This document shows, in pieces, positions 63,088 to 64,000 of a stretch of DNA of 64,000 bases; the stretch's first letter is position 1; each line of letters begins with the position of its first letter. This stretch comes from Chiloscyllium plagiosum. Taxonomy: Eukaryota. A program made the position numbers and the translations under genes. Under the pieces are notes generated by a model, which was not told where the DNA came from, made no database searches, and was given only the letters and a program-made list of their open reading frames with translations. The DNA lies in the NCBI RefSeq assembly GCF_004010195.1, contig NC_057758.1:917998-981997 (forward strand), in the 5' to 3' direction.

Positions 63088-63745
63088 AAAGAAACTACCT
63101 CTTATATGTGTCACCCCTCACAATGAAATCATTCTCCATCGTGGTATCCACCAACATCCTCGGAAAAAGGCTCTCACTGACCACCGGATCTAACCCTCTG
63201 ATTATCATATATGTCACAATTAAGTCATTCCTCAACCTTCTTCTCTTAAACGAAAAGAGTCTCAAGTTCCTCAACATTTCTGCATCAGACCTTCCCTCGA
63301 TAAATCTGCTCTGAACCCTTTTCAGAGCTTCCACAACTTTCCTATAGTGTAGTGACCAGAACTGCACGCAATACTCCACGTGCAGTTGCACCAGGGTTTT
63401 GTATAGCTGCAGAAGGACTTCGTGGATCCGAATGTCGATCCTTCTACGAATAAAAGCTGTCACGTCATGTGCCTTCTGAACAACCCTATCAACCTGGATG
63501 GCAACTTTGAGGGATCAATGTGCATGGGCACCGAGATCTCTCTGTTCATCTGTGCGACCAAGAATCTTGCCATTACCCCACTATTCTGCATTCCTGTTAC
63601 TCCATCCAAAGTCAATCACGTCACACTTTTCTCCATTAAACACCATTTGCCACCTTTCAACTCAGATCTGCCATTGTCATTCAGCAATATCCACAACTGT
63701 ACCGATCTTAGTGTCTTCCACAAATTCATTCACTCATCCTTCTTC
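63088..63745 (-). mobile_element. Inverted duplicate of CR1 segment 53840-54510
   Basis: Shares private mutations with that copy (ORFs 63095-63463 vs 54127-54502). Confidence 0.9.
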
Positions 63746-64000
63746 TCTGTTCTGACCTGTCTGTGACTCCAGACCCAGAGCTGAATCTTTCGACGCTTAA
63801 CCCCCACTGGGCAATTAGAGCAATAAATGCTGGCCAGACCAGCGACGTCTTCATCCCATGAGAAATTTAAACAAGTATTGATCAGGGATCAATCTATTCG
63901 CCCGGATTAGTGTGGGCAAAATAGTTGGGGAAGGGAAAATTTGAAGGGGGTGCCATATTTTTGAGTGGGCACAAAATGCTTCTCGAGTTCAGTAAAATTA

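Noticed and set aside
1..64000. CRISPR arrays, operons or prokaryotic systems
   Set aside because: Eukaryotic repeat-rich DNA with no repeat-spacer arrays or bacterial-type gene structure.

Overview
Repeat-dense vertebrate genomic DNA, most likely a shark or other elasmobranch, with five N gaps. The organism call rests on HE1/V-SINE-like SINEs, CR1/HER1-like LINEs with (GTTCTAT)n tails and GPR139/142-like GPCR copies. I see no intact host gene. The only host-derived coding sequence is three GPR139-like class A GPCR pseudogenes: a two-exon copy on + (6109-6166 plus 11996-12840), a young two-frameshift copy on - (46054-46951) and a TM5-TM7 fragment on - (50540-51000). The rest is layered mobile DNA. 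It includes many CR1 LINEs (one young copy at 51490-53385), tRNA-derived SINEs, a Gmr1-type Gypsy element with integrase upstream of RT, solo LTRs, a heavily deleted class I ERV with a tRNA-Pro PBS, and Penelope-like elements. The most notable signals are (i) minimal hammerhead ribozyme motifs at Penelope termini, including three ~170-210 bp fold-back mini-insertions, two of them flanked by TSDs, and (ii) a mosaic of diverged inverted duplications (30.7-32.0 vs 43.6-44.9 kb, 58.7-60.5 vs 61.7-63.1 kb, 53.8-54.5 vs 63.1-63.7 kb, 21.9-22.1 vs 63.7-64.0 kb). All calls are by eye; boundaries of old repeats are approximate and percent identities are visual estimates.
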